Shown one piece after another: positions 46,543 through 56,641 of a stretch of DNA of 64,000 nt (positions are counted from its first letter, which is position 1; every line of letters starts with the position of its first letter). Origin of the DNA: an uncultured virus (IMG/VR IMGVR_UViG_3300001687_000011) (lineage: Duplodnaviria > Heunggongvirae > Uroviricota > Caudoviricetes); IMG/VR virus record IMGVR_UViG_3300001687_000011. One strand, given 5' to 3'. The position numbers and the translations under genes are program-made. The notes below the pieces were generated by a model. The model was not told the origin of the DNA. It ran no database searches and was given only the letters and a program-made list of their open reading frames with translations.

Positions 46543-47136
46543 TTATATGAGTTGTCTTATTATTTCAAATAATGTTTTCCATTCTTTATAGAAAATATTT
46601 CTTGACATTCCTAAGAAATTTAATAGTTCTTCTTTAGAGTTAATGTCATAGATATATAAATCTTCAAGATATTCTCCTACTACCTTAAAGAAAGTCTTAT
46701 TGTACTGTAAAATTTCATCAATCCTATTTATCTTAATATTAAAAGCAAACATATATTTATGACATGGCTTTCTTAAGTGATGAAATATTTCCTCTATCAT
46801 AATAACTGTAGATACTTCACTCTCAAGATCTTTAGATGGATCTATAATTGGTATTAAATTAGGATTAAATGGGATAATGTTGTGTATTTTCCTTGTATCC
46901 CTAAGTTCATCCAAAGCTTTCTTTGTACTTATTGACCCTTTACCATGAAATACTTTTTGATATGCTATTTCTTCTTGTAGTAGATCTTGAGCATTAAAGG
47001 CGTTATCATACTCCTTTAAATCATAAGTACCTTCATTGGTAGATTCTATCATTTCCTTTATATGCTTGGTCTTTTTGATTTTCTTTTTTATAGTATACCC
47101 CTTACATTGTGTTGAATGAACACCATAGTTTCTCAT
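46543..47136 (-). CDS. Divergent sigma-70-family (group 3/4-like) factor candidate
   Basis: AQDLLQE (region 2.2-like), KALDELR (2.4-like), C-terminal HTH SKEELLNFLGMSRNIFYKEWKTLFEIIRQ (4.2-like); ends 9 nt before rpoC. Confidence 0.5.
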   Translation of the reverse strand: MRNYGVHSTQCKGYTIKKKIKKTKHIKEMIESTNEGTYDLKEYDNAFNAQDLLQEEIAYQKVFHGKGSISTKKALDELRDTRKIHNIIPFNPNLIPIIDPSKDLESEVSTVIMIEEIFHHLRKPCHKYMFAFNIKINRIDEILQYNKTFFKVVGEYLEDLYIYDINSKEELLNFLGMSRNIFYKEWKTLFEIIRQLI

Positions 47137-48119
47137 CGAGTCTCCTACTCGTGGGAATATTCTTCTCCGAACGTTTGGAAATAGTAGTCTTGGAATTCCA
47201 GGAATATTCCTGGGTAGATATCCACCAGCTTAAGATATGATTCATATAATAAAAGCCAATAATCATCATCTCCAACTTCATCAGCTTCTCTATTTTTATC
47301 AAAGTTGCCTAATTTGTGGAGAATATCATATGCCTCCTGAAGTATTGGATAGTTATTATATTCAGTAGCGACATCTAAGAATATAAGAAAGGATTCTATA
47401 TCCTTTAATAGACCTATTTCATCACAGTAGAATAACCCACCTCTGTTGAAGTGTTTCAAAAAATTAGAAAATTTTAATGTGTAATGATAAATAAATTCAT
47501 AGCTCTGTTCCGTTATATCTACCAACAGCCTACCTACATGAATACCCATTCTTTCTACACCTCTTCCACTTCAGACCTAAGAATTTCCTCTGTAAAAACA
47601 AAATGACATGGATTACTGTTTATAGCAAGACCTCTCCCAGACCACTCCAATATTTCTTCATCAGTAAGATCTCGTGTAGTTTCTTTGGGAAATTTTACAT
47701 CTATAAAACCAAATCCACATACCCAGTTTCCAATGTAATTTTCTTCATCTTGACTATGAATAACACAAAGATCAGGTTTATCCCTGCTAATATCCCCAAG
47801 TTTGTGTATAGCCTTAGTAGCTATTTTATATCTCTTAAGACCTGATCCAGTAGGTATATATATCTTTACTGGATTATCTTCATCGAGTTCAATACCTTCA
47901 TTTTTTAGATATTGAGCATAATCTGGATGGATAGTTCCGAGTTCATACACTGAACCAGAATGAGTTGTTACTCGTCTACCTTCTGATTTTACTATTGTTG
48001 ATGTAGTAACTTCTATATCCTTACCCAATCTTGGGTGGTTATCAACAATACCATGAAGTTTCTTACTTTGTAGTTCAGGTGCTTGATATGGACTACCACA
48101 TGAAACAACAGACCACTTT

Positions 48120-48485
48120 TCAAGTTTCATCTTTAACCTCCTCCCACTTATCGTGTTTTCTAACCTCTACTTTTATATATCGGTCATTCATCAATTTTTC
48201 TACTGTCTCTTCTATTGTTATTTTATCATGAATGACCTGTGAAACCTTTACTTTCAACCAACTCTGAAATTTTTCTGAATTGACTAATCGTCTAAAAGCT
48301 ATCTTTTTATTTTGAGATTGGGATCGTTCTTCTCTACTTTCTCCCACGGCCCCCGATTCTCTGTGGACTATTCGGACACCAGAACTTGTCTTATTGACCT
48401 TTTGGCCTCCATGTCCACCACATCTAAAAAACTGAATATCAAAGTCCTTCTTCGTGAGAGAGAATACCAATTCCTTCTTAGTCAT
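48120..48485 (-). CDS. Codon-independent class I release-factor domain protein (ArfB/PrfH-like peptidyl-tRNA hydrolase)
   Basis: RCGGHGGQKVNKTSSGVRIVH...ERSQSQNKKIAFRRL; 121 aa, no codon-recognition domains. Confidence 0.85.
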   Translation of the reverse strand: MTKKELVFSLTKKDFDIQFFRCGGHGGQKVNKTSSGVRIVHRESGAVGESREERSQSQNKKIAFRRLVNSEKFQSWLKVKVSQVIHDKITIEETVEKLMNDRYIKVEVRKHDKWEEVKDET

Positions 48486-50121
48486 TTTCTATAACTTCTT
48501 CTAACCTCCCGATAACATTATCAAAAGCATTAACCCAACCCATATTATAGTGCTTTATTGAATCGAGTAACAAAGGATTTCCATTAGTCTTCTCATTAAT
48601 AGCATTAATTTCATATCTCAAAGTTTCAATCAATTCTTCTACTTTTTCTTTCATTATTCTTTCTCCTCTATCTCATTATCTAAAAAATCAAGAATCTTTA
48701 TTTTGGAACATATCTCTTCCATAAAACGTGAATTAGTCCATACATTACCAACTATTTTCTTGAAAACCTTTTTAGGATTAGATTCTTCCATAAACAATGT
48801 TCCTAAGATCCCAGTTAAGAATTCATTTGGTATACGGCACCTGGTTAAGACTACACAACAATGACCAAGTTCCAATTTTGAAGTATCCTCATCTATAACT
48901 GTTAGTTCCAGGTAATCACCTCCATTGTTCCCTTCAATCCTGAAAGATTTTGGTTCCTCTTCTTCTACAGGGAAAGTTATTAATCCTTCAGAAGACTCTA
49001 TACTTTCCAAGAGTAAATCAAAAGTATAATCTCCACTATATGGGTAATCCCTCCTCAATAGTGTACACTTATACACTCCTGGATCTAACTCTATCTCACG
49101 GATGACTATATCATTGAAATCGTCACAATCTTCTGCTACCAATTCACATAGTTCCTTAGGGCCAGTGATAAGATTTAATATCCCTGAGAAATCAACAGAG
49201 ACGATTATATCCATATATCTCATTTTAATAAACCTTTAGTAAGTCCTTAATATAATTAGATGCTTTTTCTACTAAGGCATCCATTTCATTTACATCTGGT
49301 AATTCCTCTCTGTCACCATTTGCTACTTGTTCTGCCAACCGAGTAGCTATAGCCATTTCAACATTACTCTCAATATCATCACCATCACCCCAGAATTCAG
49401 CATAAGTATCTTCACCATCTGATCCAGAAATATGAATTGTTGCACCAGAATGATACTCTATATCCCTTTCTCCGTCTTCTAAATCTTCAATCCTCTGGAT
49501 CTCTTCATTTAACTTTTCAACTTGAGCATACATCCTGACTTTCTTTTGTTCCAATTCTTTAGTTATTTTCTGTACTACTTTGATCATAATCTGTTTCCTC
49601 CATAATTTCATTAAATTTATCGAGTTGTTCTCTTATAACATTACCTACAACCTCTTGAATAGTAGTCCCCTCTCGTGTACAAACAAGTTCCAGTTTTAAC
49701 TCTTCCTCATAAGACAGAGGTATAATCAAGGTTCCTATACTATTCTCAAGATACTTATTTCCCTTCGCCTTCTTTAGTTGATTCAGTATAATGCTTGAAT
49801 CTCTCACCAAAAATCTCCCCTAACTTTTCAAATAGCGTTTTTTCGTTTTTGAACTTTATCTCTAAGGCTCCAATCAATCTCTTAAGATACCCAAGTAATA
49901 TTTGTATCTCCTGTTCTTGAGCTTTTATAATCTTATCATAAGATTCACTTAACTTGTCCATATCATTACTCATAGACTTTATTCCCAATATATAGGCATC
50001 TTTAAAAACTACTTTTGCCATATTAAGTATATTGGATGGATAAGTGTCTTCCACAGGAGCAAAATAATCAAATATAGCTCCCTGGATTTTCAGGTTAAGA
50101 GTAATATTACCTTGAAACTTT

Positions 50122-50622
50122 TTATTCTCCATAATCATTCACCTTTTTAAACAGTTTGAACAATATTTTACAACTCTCACCAAACACATCAAAATTTTCA
50201 GATTGTCTATTACCAGCTATATTAACAGTAATGTAATCCTTTCCCAACAAATTAAACCATTGACTAATATGATCAAGATGTTCTTCTGGACAATGCATAA
50301 GATTTATATCTTGAAATTGTCTTCTATAATACCTTATGGCCTTTAGTGTACAGATCTCCCCAGCAGTGTCAAATTTATAGGCTAATCTTATAGTACAATC
50401 AGAATTTTTTGCATTAAGATAAGTCCTTGGAGGATACCCTGGCTCTTGGCATTCTTCCAGACCATAGGTATCCCTTAGAAGTGTAGGATTAGGCCCCTCT
50501 GATGTCATGTAGTCTTTAGGTGCCCATCCACCAGTTGATATATGAAGTGCCTTAGCAACAAAAAGACCTGCCTGGTCACTACCTGTTTGACCACCACTTA
50601 TTACTTTAATTATCTTTACCAC
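50122..50622 (-). CDS. SLOG-superfamily 'molybdenum carrier'-like protein
   Basis: ISGGQTGSDQAGL, GGWAP, YPPRTYLN, NIAGNR. Confidence 0.75.
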   Translation of the reverse strand: MVKIIKVISGGQTGSDQAGLFVAKALHISTGGWAPKDYMTSEGPNPTLLRDTYGLEECQEPGYPPRTYLNAKNSDCTIRLAYKFDTAGEICTLKAIRYYRRQFQDINLMHCPEEHLDHISQWFNLLGKDYITVNIAGNRQSENFDVFGESCKILFKLFKKVNDYGE

Positions 50623-50833
50623 TTAATCTCCTAACCGAGTAAGGCTACTGTATTTAGTTTTTGCTGGCAATAATACTTATTCCCCCATCAGGGGGTATAA
50701 CTTCAATCTCATTTTCTGTCAAACAAGGAACTGGTCTACCATATCTATTGATATGGCTAACAGGTCTCACTTCATTCATTCCATTTCTAATGACACGAAT
50801 TAACATATTTATCATGTTTACCTCCCCTAAAGG

Positions 50834-50859
50834 AAAAAAGGAAGGTTTACCCTTCCTTT
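50834..50859 (-). terminator. Terminator-like hairpin ~25 nt downstream of promoter copy 9
   Basis: AAAGGAAGG-GTAAA-CCTTCCTTTTTT. Confidence 0.6.
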
Positions 50860-50885
50860 CATAGAAGAATTTGCCTATACTATCT

Positions 50886-50913
50886 ATATCGGTATTTTAT
50901 TAAAAAATCTTCA
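50886..50913 (-). promoter_or_regulatory. Repeated phage promoter motif, copy 9
   Basis: TGAAG-ATTTTTTAATAAAAT-ACCGATAT. Confidence 0.8.
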
Positions 50914-51626
50914 GATATTAATAGTTTTAGTATAATTCTCCTTACATTGTTCCTTGTAGCTAATTTCTAATGCTTTTACTCGTTTCAACCAATCAATACA
51001 GTGTTCCATAATATTTACAGCATTTACTAACTCTTCCAGGGTATAATAATTTCCCTCTCTAAGAATTTCTTCTCTTTCAAGTAAAGCTTCATCCCAACCA
51101 TTATCACAACCAAGAGGAGCATAAATCACATGAACTTTATCATCATGGAACATTGGATAAATACATGGACATTTATTCAGGTATGTCCCTGGTAAAACAT
51201 GTATTGTGTCAATCCCTTCAATTTTCAAAATATGATAATTACGAATATCCCCCTGTCTGGGTGTAAATTCGTATGTTATTTTAATACTCATATGTATTTT
51301 CTTCCACTTCTCCATTTAGCCATTGTTCTCGTGAAATAACCAATGGTGTAAAATCTACTGTTAAAAGATCCAAAGGACACCTATGACAATTAGGGTTCTC
51401 CATAATAGCACAATCATCGGTAAGTATAGAATTTGTATAGATCTCTACTATTCGTCCATTTTCATACACTTCGCCATCCTGATCCTTAATACCATCTCCA
51501 AAAGGAGTAGCTATTACTAATTTCCAGTGATATAAATCTTCCATAACAATAGCAAATTTAGCATCCTTGATATTGAATTCCCTGTTATCACCCCGTACAT
51601 ATGCATTACTTAAAGCTGTCTGGATC

Positions 51627-52196
51627 TCATTTTTTTCCTGCATTTACTTTTCCTCCAATGTCACAAATTATGAATCTGTCATCTAATATATCCGATAAAA
51701 TCCCACTAACCTCTTTCCAGTTTAGCTCTCCATTGGAACACCCAGGTTTAGGAATAGCTACAGATTTCCACCCTTCTTTGTCAGCTAACTCTATTAGTTC
51801 ACTTGCTGATTGTTTTATTAGGTTAATATCTGATTTGCAAGCCCACCCTGGACAAAAATTTGTTATACTCATCTTTGATCTCATATAACTAACTACTTTT
51901 TGATTAAGATCAGAAGCATTCATAATATATATATGGTCTGGTTTTGTTGGAAAACTTACTATATAGGTTCCTTCTATATTGATAATCTTTTGAACATGAT
52001 TTCCATTATCTTTAATAAGTCTACCTAAAGCAAATTCCAATCCAGGCCATTTATCCCTGGCTTGTTTGGCTACACCTTTACCCATAACATTAGACCCATC
52101 CTTCTTAATACAACCATTTGTAGTAATACAGATAGCATCTACTTTACCTACCAAGGAAAAGATGTTTCCATTAAATATACGATTATATACTTCCAT
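51627..52196 (-). CDS. Macrodomain (ADP-ribose binding/hydrolase; DarG/TARG1-like)
   Basis: GNIF, ITTNG, VMGKGVAKQA, SFPTK, AIPKPGCSNGELNW. Confidence 0.82.
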   Translation of the reverse strand: MEVYNRIFNGNIFSLVGKVDAICITTNGCIKKDGSNVMGKGVAKQARDKWPGLEFALGRLIKDNGNHVQKIINIEGTYIVSFPTKPDHIYIMNASDLNQKVVSYMRSKMSITNFCPGWACKSDINLIKQSASELIELADKEGWKSVAIPKPGCSNGELNWKEVSGILSDILDDRFIICDIGGKVNAGKK

Positions 52197-52621
52197 ATTA
52201 AATTTCCAATTCAGCTACTAAAACTCCCTTTTCTGCTTTAACTTTTTTAGCACCAATCTTTAAAAGTTTTAGATACTCTTCTTCTGAAACTTCGTAAATT
52301 CCACTACATTCTCCTGAAGGTAATGTACACTCTTTTAAATTTGTACAGAAAGGTAAAATTACCCTTGCTGCCACATTATGTGTATTCTTTACTCTTCCAA
52401 AGTAAGTAGTCATCATTTCTCCTCTACTGGATTTTCCTTCAAATAATTCATTAATCCAGATATTTTAGCTTGAACAGCCTGGTTCCTGGAAATTTCTAAA
52501 GCTTTTATAAGTCTATCTACTTCTTCAGGAACATCAAACCAATCGGACTTTCCACTGATAGTAAGTGCTACCCTACTACCTTTTACTTCTATGTCCATAA
52601 ATATTTCTCCCTATACTTATA

Positions 52622-52649
52622 TTATCGGCAATATTGTAAAATGTCTTCA
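52622..52649 (-). promoter_or_regulatory. Repeated phage promoter motif, copy 10
   Basis: TGAAG-ACATTTTACAATATT-GCCGATAA then TATAAGTATAGGGAG. Confidence 0.8.
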
Positions 52650-52936
52650 GTTCTTGTAAAAAATACTTCTTTTTCTTAGATTTATAATACGAGAATTTAA
52701 AATATCTATTTGGTCTATAGCACTTACCAATTCAGACTCTACATCACTTAGACATTTATCTCTTGCAGGACTTTCCTCACATGTACCATCATGTGGTACT
52801 AAACTACATGACAAGGTAATTTCAAGATTACTCATATTCTCATAAAGAGAGTTTATTTGTTGTTGTAATGATTGTATAAGTCTATCATATGAAGACAATA
52901 CTTCTGGTTTGTTTTCATTCATAATTATTCTCCTAA

Positions 52937-55900
52937 TTAAAGATTAAAAGTTATATTTCCGTATAGCATAGTTTGTTCAGTACCATAATATTTTGAAAAG
53001 GCCCTCTTAGGTAAAAATAAATCCTCAAGGGATTGATAGTTGGTCTTCTCTTCAGCTATATTAAAATCTATATGATAAAAATTACTTACCCGATCAACTA
53101 TGTTATAAAATGTGTTCTTATTACATGCAAACTCATAATGAATAGCATTACCTACCCTGTTCTCTTTTTCCAGTTTCATCATTTGGTTTCTGTGTATTCC
53201 CAATTCCCAATCTATTTTGACAGGAACTCCAAACTCTTTCTGTAGGTAATCTTCAGCTACATATTTCATTAATGGGATAAAAGAAAACAAATGAGGAATA
53301 TATATCTCAAAATCAGCAGAATCATGAGTAAACAATACTGGTACAGCTTTGATATTGAGATTTACACACTGCTCATATAAATGCCAGATACCATATCCAG
53401 CCACATTACTTGCTGAGGATTGGATAGGCCAGTTCTGGCACCTTCGTTTTATCTCAGCTTTTTTCATCTGAAGAGGTAAATATAAAGGATCTCCAAACAG
53501 AGTATTTACATATCCCCTCTCTGCTTCTTTATGACGTTCTGCTATCCACTCTGCTACTTTTGGAAACCCAGAGAAAAACCCTTCATATATTTCTCTTGCC
53601 TGTTGTATATCTCCCTGACAAAAATCAACTCCAAATTCATAGATCCCCTTACCATAAAGAATAGCGAAACTTGCATTCTTAGCAAATCTTCTCTGTTTCT
53701 TGGATATCTGCTCTTCTGGGATCTTAAAAATCCTGGATGCTACATATCTGTGAATATCTTTTCCTTGCCTGAAGGCATCGAGTAAATTTTCATCACCTGA
53801 TAATGCTGCCATGAATCGAATTTCATTCTGGGAGTAATCATAATGAAGACTACAACAATTAATATCTCTGGGGACATACATCTCATTAAGTGCTGATCCT
53901 GGGGGGACAGTATGTGCCCCAGACTGCCAACGTTTTGTTGCAGCAGTACAGGCAAATAATGATGGAGTAAATATATATCTTTCTTTTTCTCTAAGTTTAT
54001 TGTCTACAGGAAGAGTGTTATAAGATTCATGCCTCATAAGAGGTTTAGTAAAATCTTTATAATCACATACATTGACATTTATTCTGCCAATCTTACCTTC
54101 AATATACACAGAATTAGATTTAATGACCTTTTTGAACCTCTTTAGATAATAGAGAATATTAAACTCATCAGACCAAGTATCTCTATTATCAATATCTAAA
54201 CCACCCCCAGAAATTTCCTTACCACATAGAGGGCATCTTTCCTCTTTTTCATCAGAAACCCATTTATGACATTCTCTACAACAATATCTATATTTCCCTC
54301 CATATTTTATTTGAGCTTGATACTGGAATTCAAGAACCTCTGCTGCAAATCTCTTAAAGTATAAATCCCAAGTTTTGTCTAAATTTTGAACAGCCTTGAT
54401 TATTTCTTTAGCATCTTTCTGTTTTTGTTTAACATCACCAGACAGATCCTTTAAAAGCATATTAGCATAGGTCATGACATTTTCTATTGTCTCATTCACA
54501 TCATTTTTGTTTATAATTGTAGCAAGATCATCTGAAGATGTAGAAGGTAAAGATAATAAAAACTTTTCAAAATAATAAAGAGTTACCAGAGCAGTTGTCC
54601 AATCAGTTCGATAAATATTCCAAAAGGGTAGTTGACTTTCATATTTATTTGAAAGAGGATTGAATATCTTCTTTAGCTCTTCTAACCTTTCATCAGGAGA
54701 CATAGAAGCAAGTCCTATAATTGTTCCTGCTGACATCTTCTCTTCATCAAGTAAATCTAATCCTTGGATTAAATTATATAAACAATTACATGCTTCATCT
54801 ATATAATAAGTTCTCAATTCTTTAGCTTTTTCATCATTCCAATTAGTACCGTAAGATTCCATTACCCCAGCTAATCTGGCCTGGGCTATATAGTTTGGAT
54901 AATACTGACCAAACATGGGCCATAATTTATTTCTGAGTAATAAAGTATAGTAGCTATCATAACAGCAGTATTCAGCTACTTTCTTCAAAGGTACTGCTGC
55001 CATTCCAGACTTCATAGTAAGACCAGTTTTAATTTCTTCATCACTAATCATAGTCTTCAGCTTCTTTAGAATATCATAGATATCCTTGACAGCTTTTTTA
55101 GCATTTAAAAGCCTAACCTCCATGATCTCTTCCATCTTTTTAGTCTCTTTATTTTTTCTCCTTCGGGGTGCTTCCTCATCCAAGTATTCCATAAAGGAGT
55201 TAAAATCTTCCACCAATAAACTATATTCCCCCTCATACTTCTCTTCTAAGGTAGGCATTAACTTGAATATTGAATTGAAAGAATCTCTAACCTGAGCTAC
55301 AAAATCTTCCCAAAAATCTGCATCAAGGTATTTCCTGGCATTTTCTTTTAGCTTACCTGGGCTGCAATCTATATTACAAAGCACCTGACTATCATTAAAA
55401 TCTATTCTTGTCCCAAATTTAGACCAGGTTAATCCCATTTCATATTTACAGTTATAAGTCCAGGGTTGTTTCCTTTTGAAAAAGTTCAGAAGAATATCTG
55501 CTAAATTTTTAGGAAGAACATAATCTTCAGAGGGCCAATAAAAATAAATAGCTTTTAAAGGTTCTATCCCCACTAAAGAGAATCCTAATATTTTGTTATT
55601 TGGAGACCATACTTCAAGATCTGTAGCTTCATAGTCAAATCCAAGATCATTATATTTTTCAAACTCTGGTAAAGCTGTTTCCAACTCTTCAATATTTATT
55701 ATCTCAAACCAGTCAGGGTCTTTAATAATAGGAGTATTTATTATAGTATCACTTGTATCAAATCTTTGTATAAGCTGCTTTATTCGTATTATCCATGATC
55801 TATACATACTACTCCCCAGACCACCATTTCTTGCAATATAGCTTGGATGGAAAGCTGCTCCATATCTAACATCAGCAATTTGATAAGGAGACATATGAGA

Positions 55901-56383
55901 GAGTTTAGTAATCTTATAATCTTTTTTGTAACTATCTGGTAGCATTGAGTAAGCTGCTGTGCCACCTAAGAGAATGACAGTATTAGCATTTAACTCATTT
56001 AAGAATTGTTGTAAATGTATTTTACAGAATTTACACTCATCCTCTTCAGGAGTTCGTGTTCTTCCATCAGCTTTGACGGGCCAACAGCAATTTATATTTG
56101 CTATTGCATAATCGGTAAGACCTAATTCATTTATTGCTGCCCGTAAAATACTTCCAGACTTAGCCTCTGGATAAAAAGGTCTTTTATATTTAGCCTCTTG
56201 TTCCCCAGGTGCTTCCCCTACAAAAATTACTCTAACTTTTTCAGGACTACCAAAAATTTCAAAAGGGGCAAACTTCGTATCCATCTGTCTGCCCCTCATT
56301 GGACAACCTTTATCACAAATATTCAATTTTTCACGTAAATCTACAAAGGTAATATTATCCATACCTAACCAAACACCTTCCAC
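52937..56383 (-). CDS. polA: Family A DNA polymerase with N-terminal family-4 uracil-DNA glycosylase domain and 3'-5' exonuclease (start may be ATG 56362)
   Basis: UDG: GEAPG..E...RPF, Fe-S Cys, FHPSY; exonuclease: FDYEAT, YNCKYE, YCCYD; polymerase: DYSQNEIR, RRFAKNASFAILYG, NWPIQS, THDS. Confidence 0.92.
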   Translation of the reverse strand: MEGVWLGMDNITFVDLREKLNICDKGCPMRGRQMDTKFAPFEIFGSPEKVRVIFVGEAPGEQEAKYKRPFYPEAKSGSILRAAINELGLTDYAIANINCCWPVKADGRTRTPEEDECKFCKIHLQQFLNELNANTVILLGGTAAYSMLPDSYKKDYKITKLSHMSPYQIADVRYGAAFHPSYIARNGGLGSSMYRSWIIRIKQLIQRFDTSDTIINTPIIKDPDWFEIINIEELETALPEFEKYNDLGFDYEATDLEVWSPNNKILGFSLVGIEPLKAIYFYWPSEDYVLPKNLADILLNFFKRKQPWTYNCKYEMGLTWSKFGTRIDFNDSQVLCNIDCSPGKLKENARKYLDADFWEDFVAQVRDSFNSIFKLMPTLEEKYEGEYSLLVEDFNSFMEYLDEEAPRRRKNKETKKMEEIMEVRLLNAKKAVKDIYDILKKLKTMISDEEIKTGLTMKSGMAAVPLKKVAEYCCYDSYYTLLLRNKLWPMFGQYYPNYIAQARLAGVMESYGTNWNDEKAKELRTYYIDEACNCLYNLIQGLDLLDEEKMSAGTIIGLASMSPDERLEELKKIFNPLSNKYESQLPFWNIYRTDWTTALVTLYYFEKFLLSLPSTSSDDLATIINKNDVNETIENVMTYANMLLKDLSGDVKQKQKDAKEIIKAVQNLDKTWDLYFKRFAAEVLEFQYQAQIKYGGKYRYCCRECHKWVSDEKEERCPLCGKEISGGGLDIDNRDTWSDEFNILYYLKRFKKVIKSNSVYIEGKIGRINVNVCDYKDFTKPLMRHESYNTLPVDNKLREKERYIFTPSLFACTAATKRWQSGAHTVPPGSALNEMYVPRDINCCSLHYDYSQNEIRFMAALSGDENLLDAFRQGKDIHRYVASRIFKIPEEQISKKQRRFAKNASFAILYGKGIYEFGVDFCQGDIQQAREIYEGFFSGFPKVAEWIAERHKEAERGYVNTLFGDPLYLPLQMKKAEIKRRCQNWPIQSSASNVAGYGIWHLYEQCVNLNIKAVPVLFTHDSADFEIYIPHLFSFIPLMKYVAEDYLQKEFGVPVKIDWELGIHRNQMMKLEKENRVGNAIHYEFACNKNTFYNIVDRVSNFYHIDFNIAEEKTNYQSLEDLFLPKRAFSKYYGTEQTMLYGNITFNL

Positions 56384-56431
56384 TACTCCCGTTCGGGAAT
56401 ATTCCTGACAATATCCTACAAGATCTAAAAA

Positions 56432-56641
56432 TTATTCCTGTACGGGAATACTGCCTTCATCAATTTCTTCTTCTTCCAATGGTTCATTCATAGACTGTAC
56501 TTCAACAGCATCTTCAATCATATCCTCAGGAACTTCACTGAGAAGAAGATCCTCTTCGGTATTAGCTAAAACTTTACCAGATTCGGCAAGTTTATTTAGA
56601 TCCCCAGGATCAATATCATCTTTCTTAACTTTATATGCCAT
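56432..56641 (-). CDS. Small acidic protein upstream of the UDG-polymerase
   Basis: 22/69 residues D/E; GAGG RBS. Confidence 0.6.
   Translation of the reverse strand: MAYKVKKDDIDPGDLNKLAESGKVLANTEEDLLLSEVPEDMIEDAVEVQSMNEPLEEEEIDEGSIPVQE

Noticed and set aside
48177..48204. Twelfth promoter copy (AGTAG-N15-ACCGATAT)
   Set aside because: Inside a coding region, and the upstream box deviates from the invariant YGAAG and lacks the T-run; possible but unsupported
26034..56383. Inteins or introns in nrdJ, rpoC or polA
   Set aside because: Frames are continuous with expected motif spacing; no intein splice-junction or LAGLIDADG motifs seen
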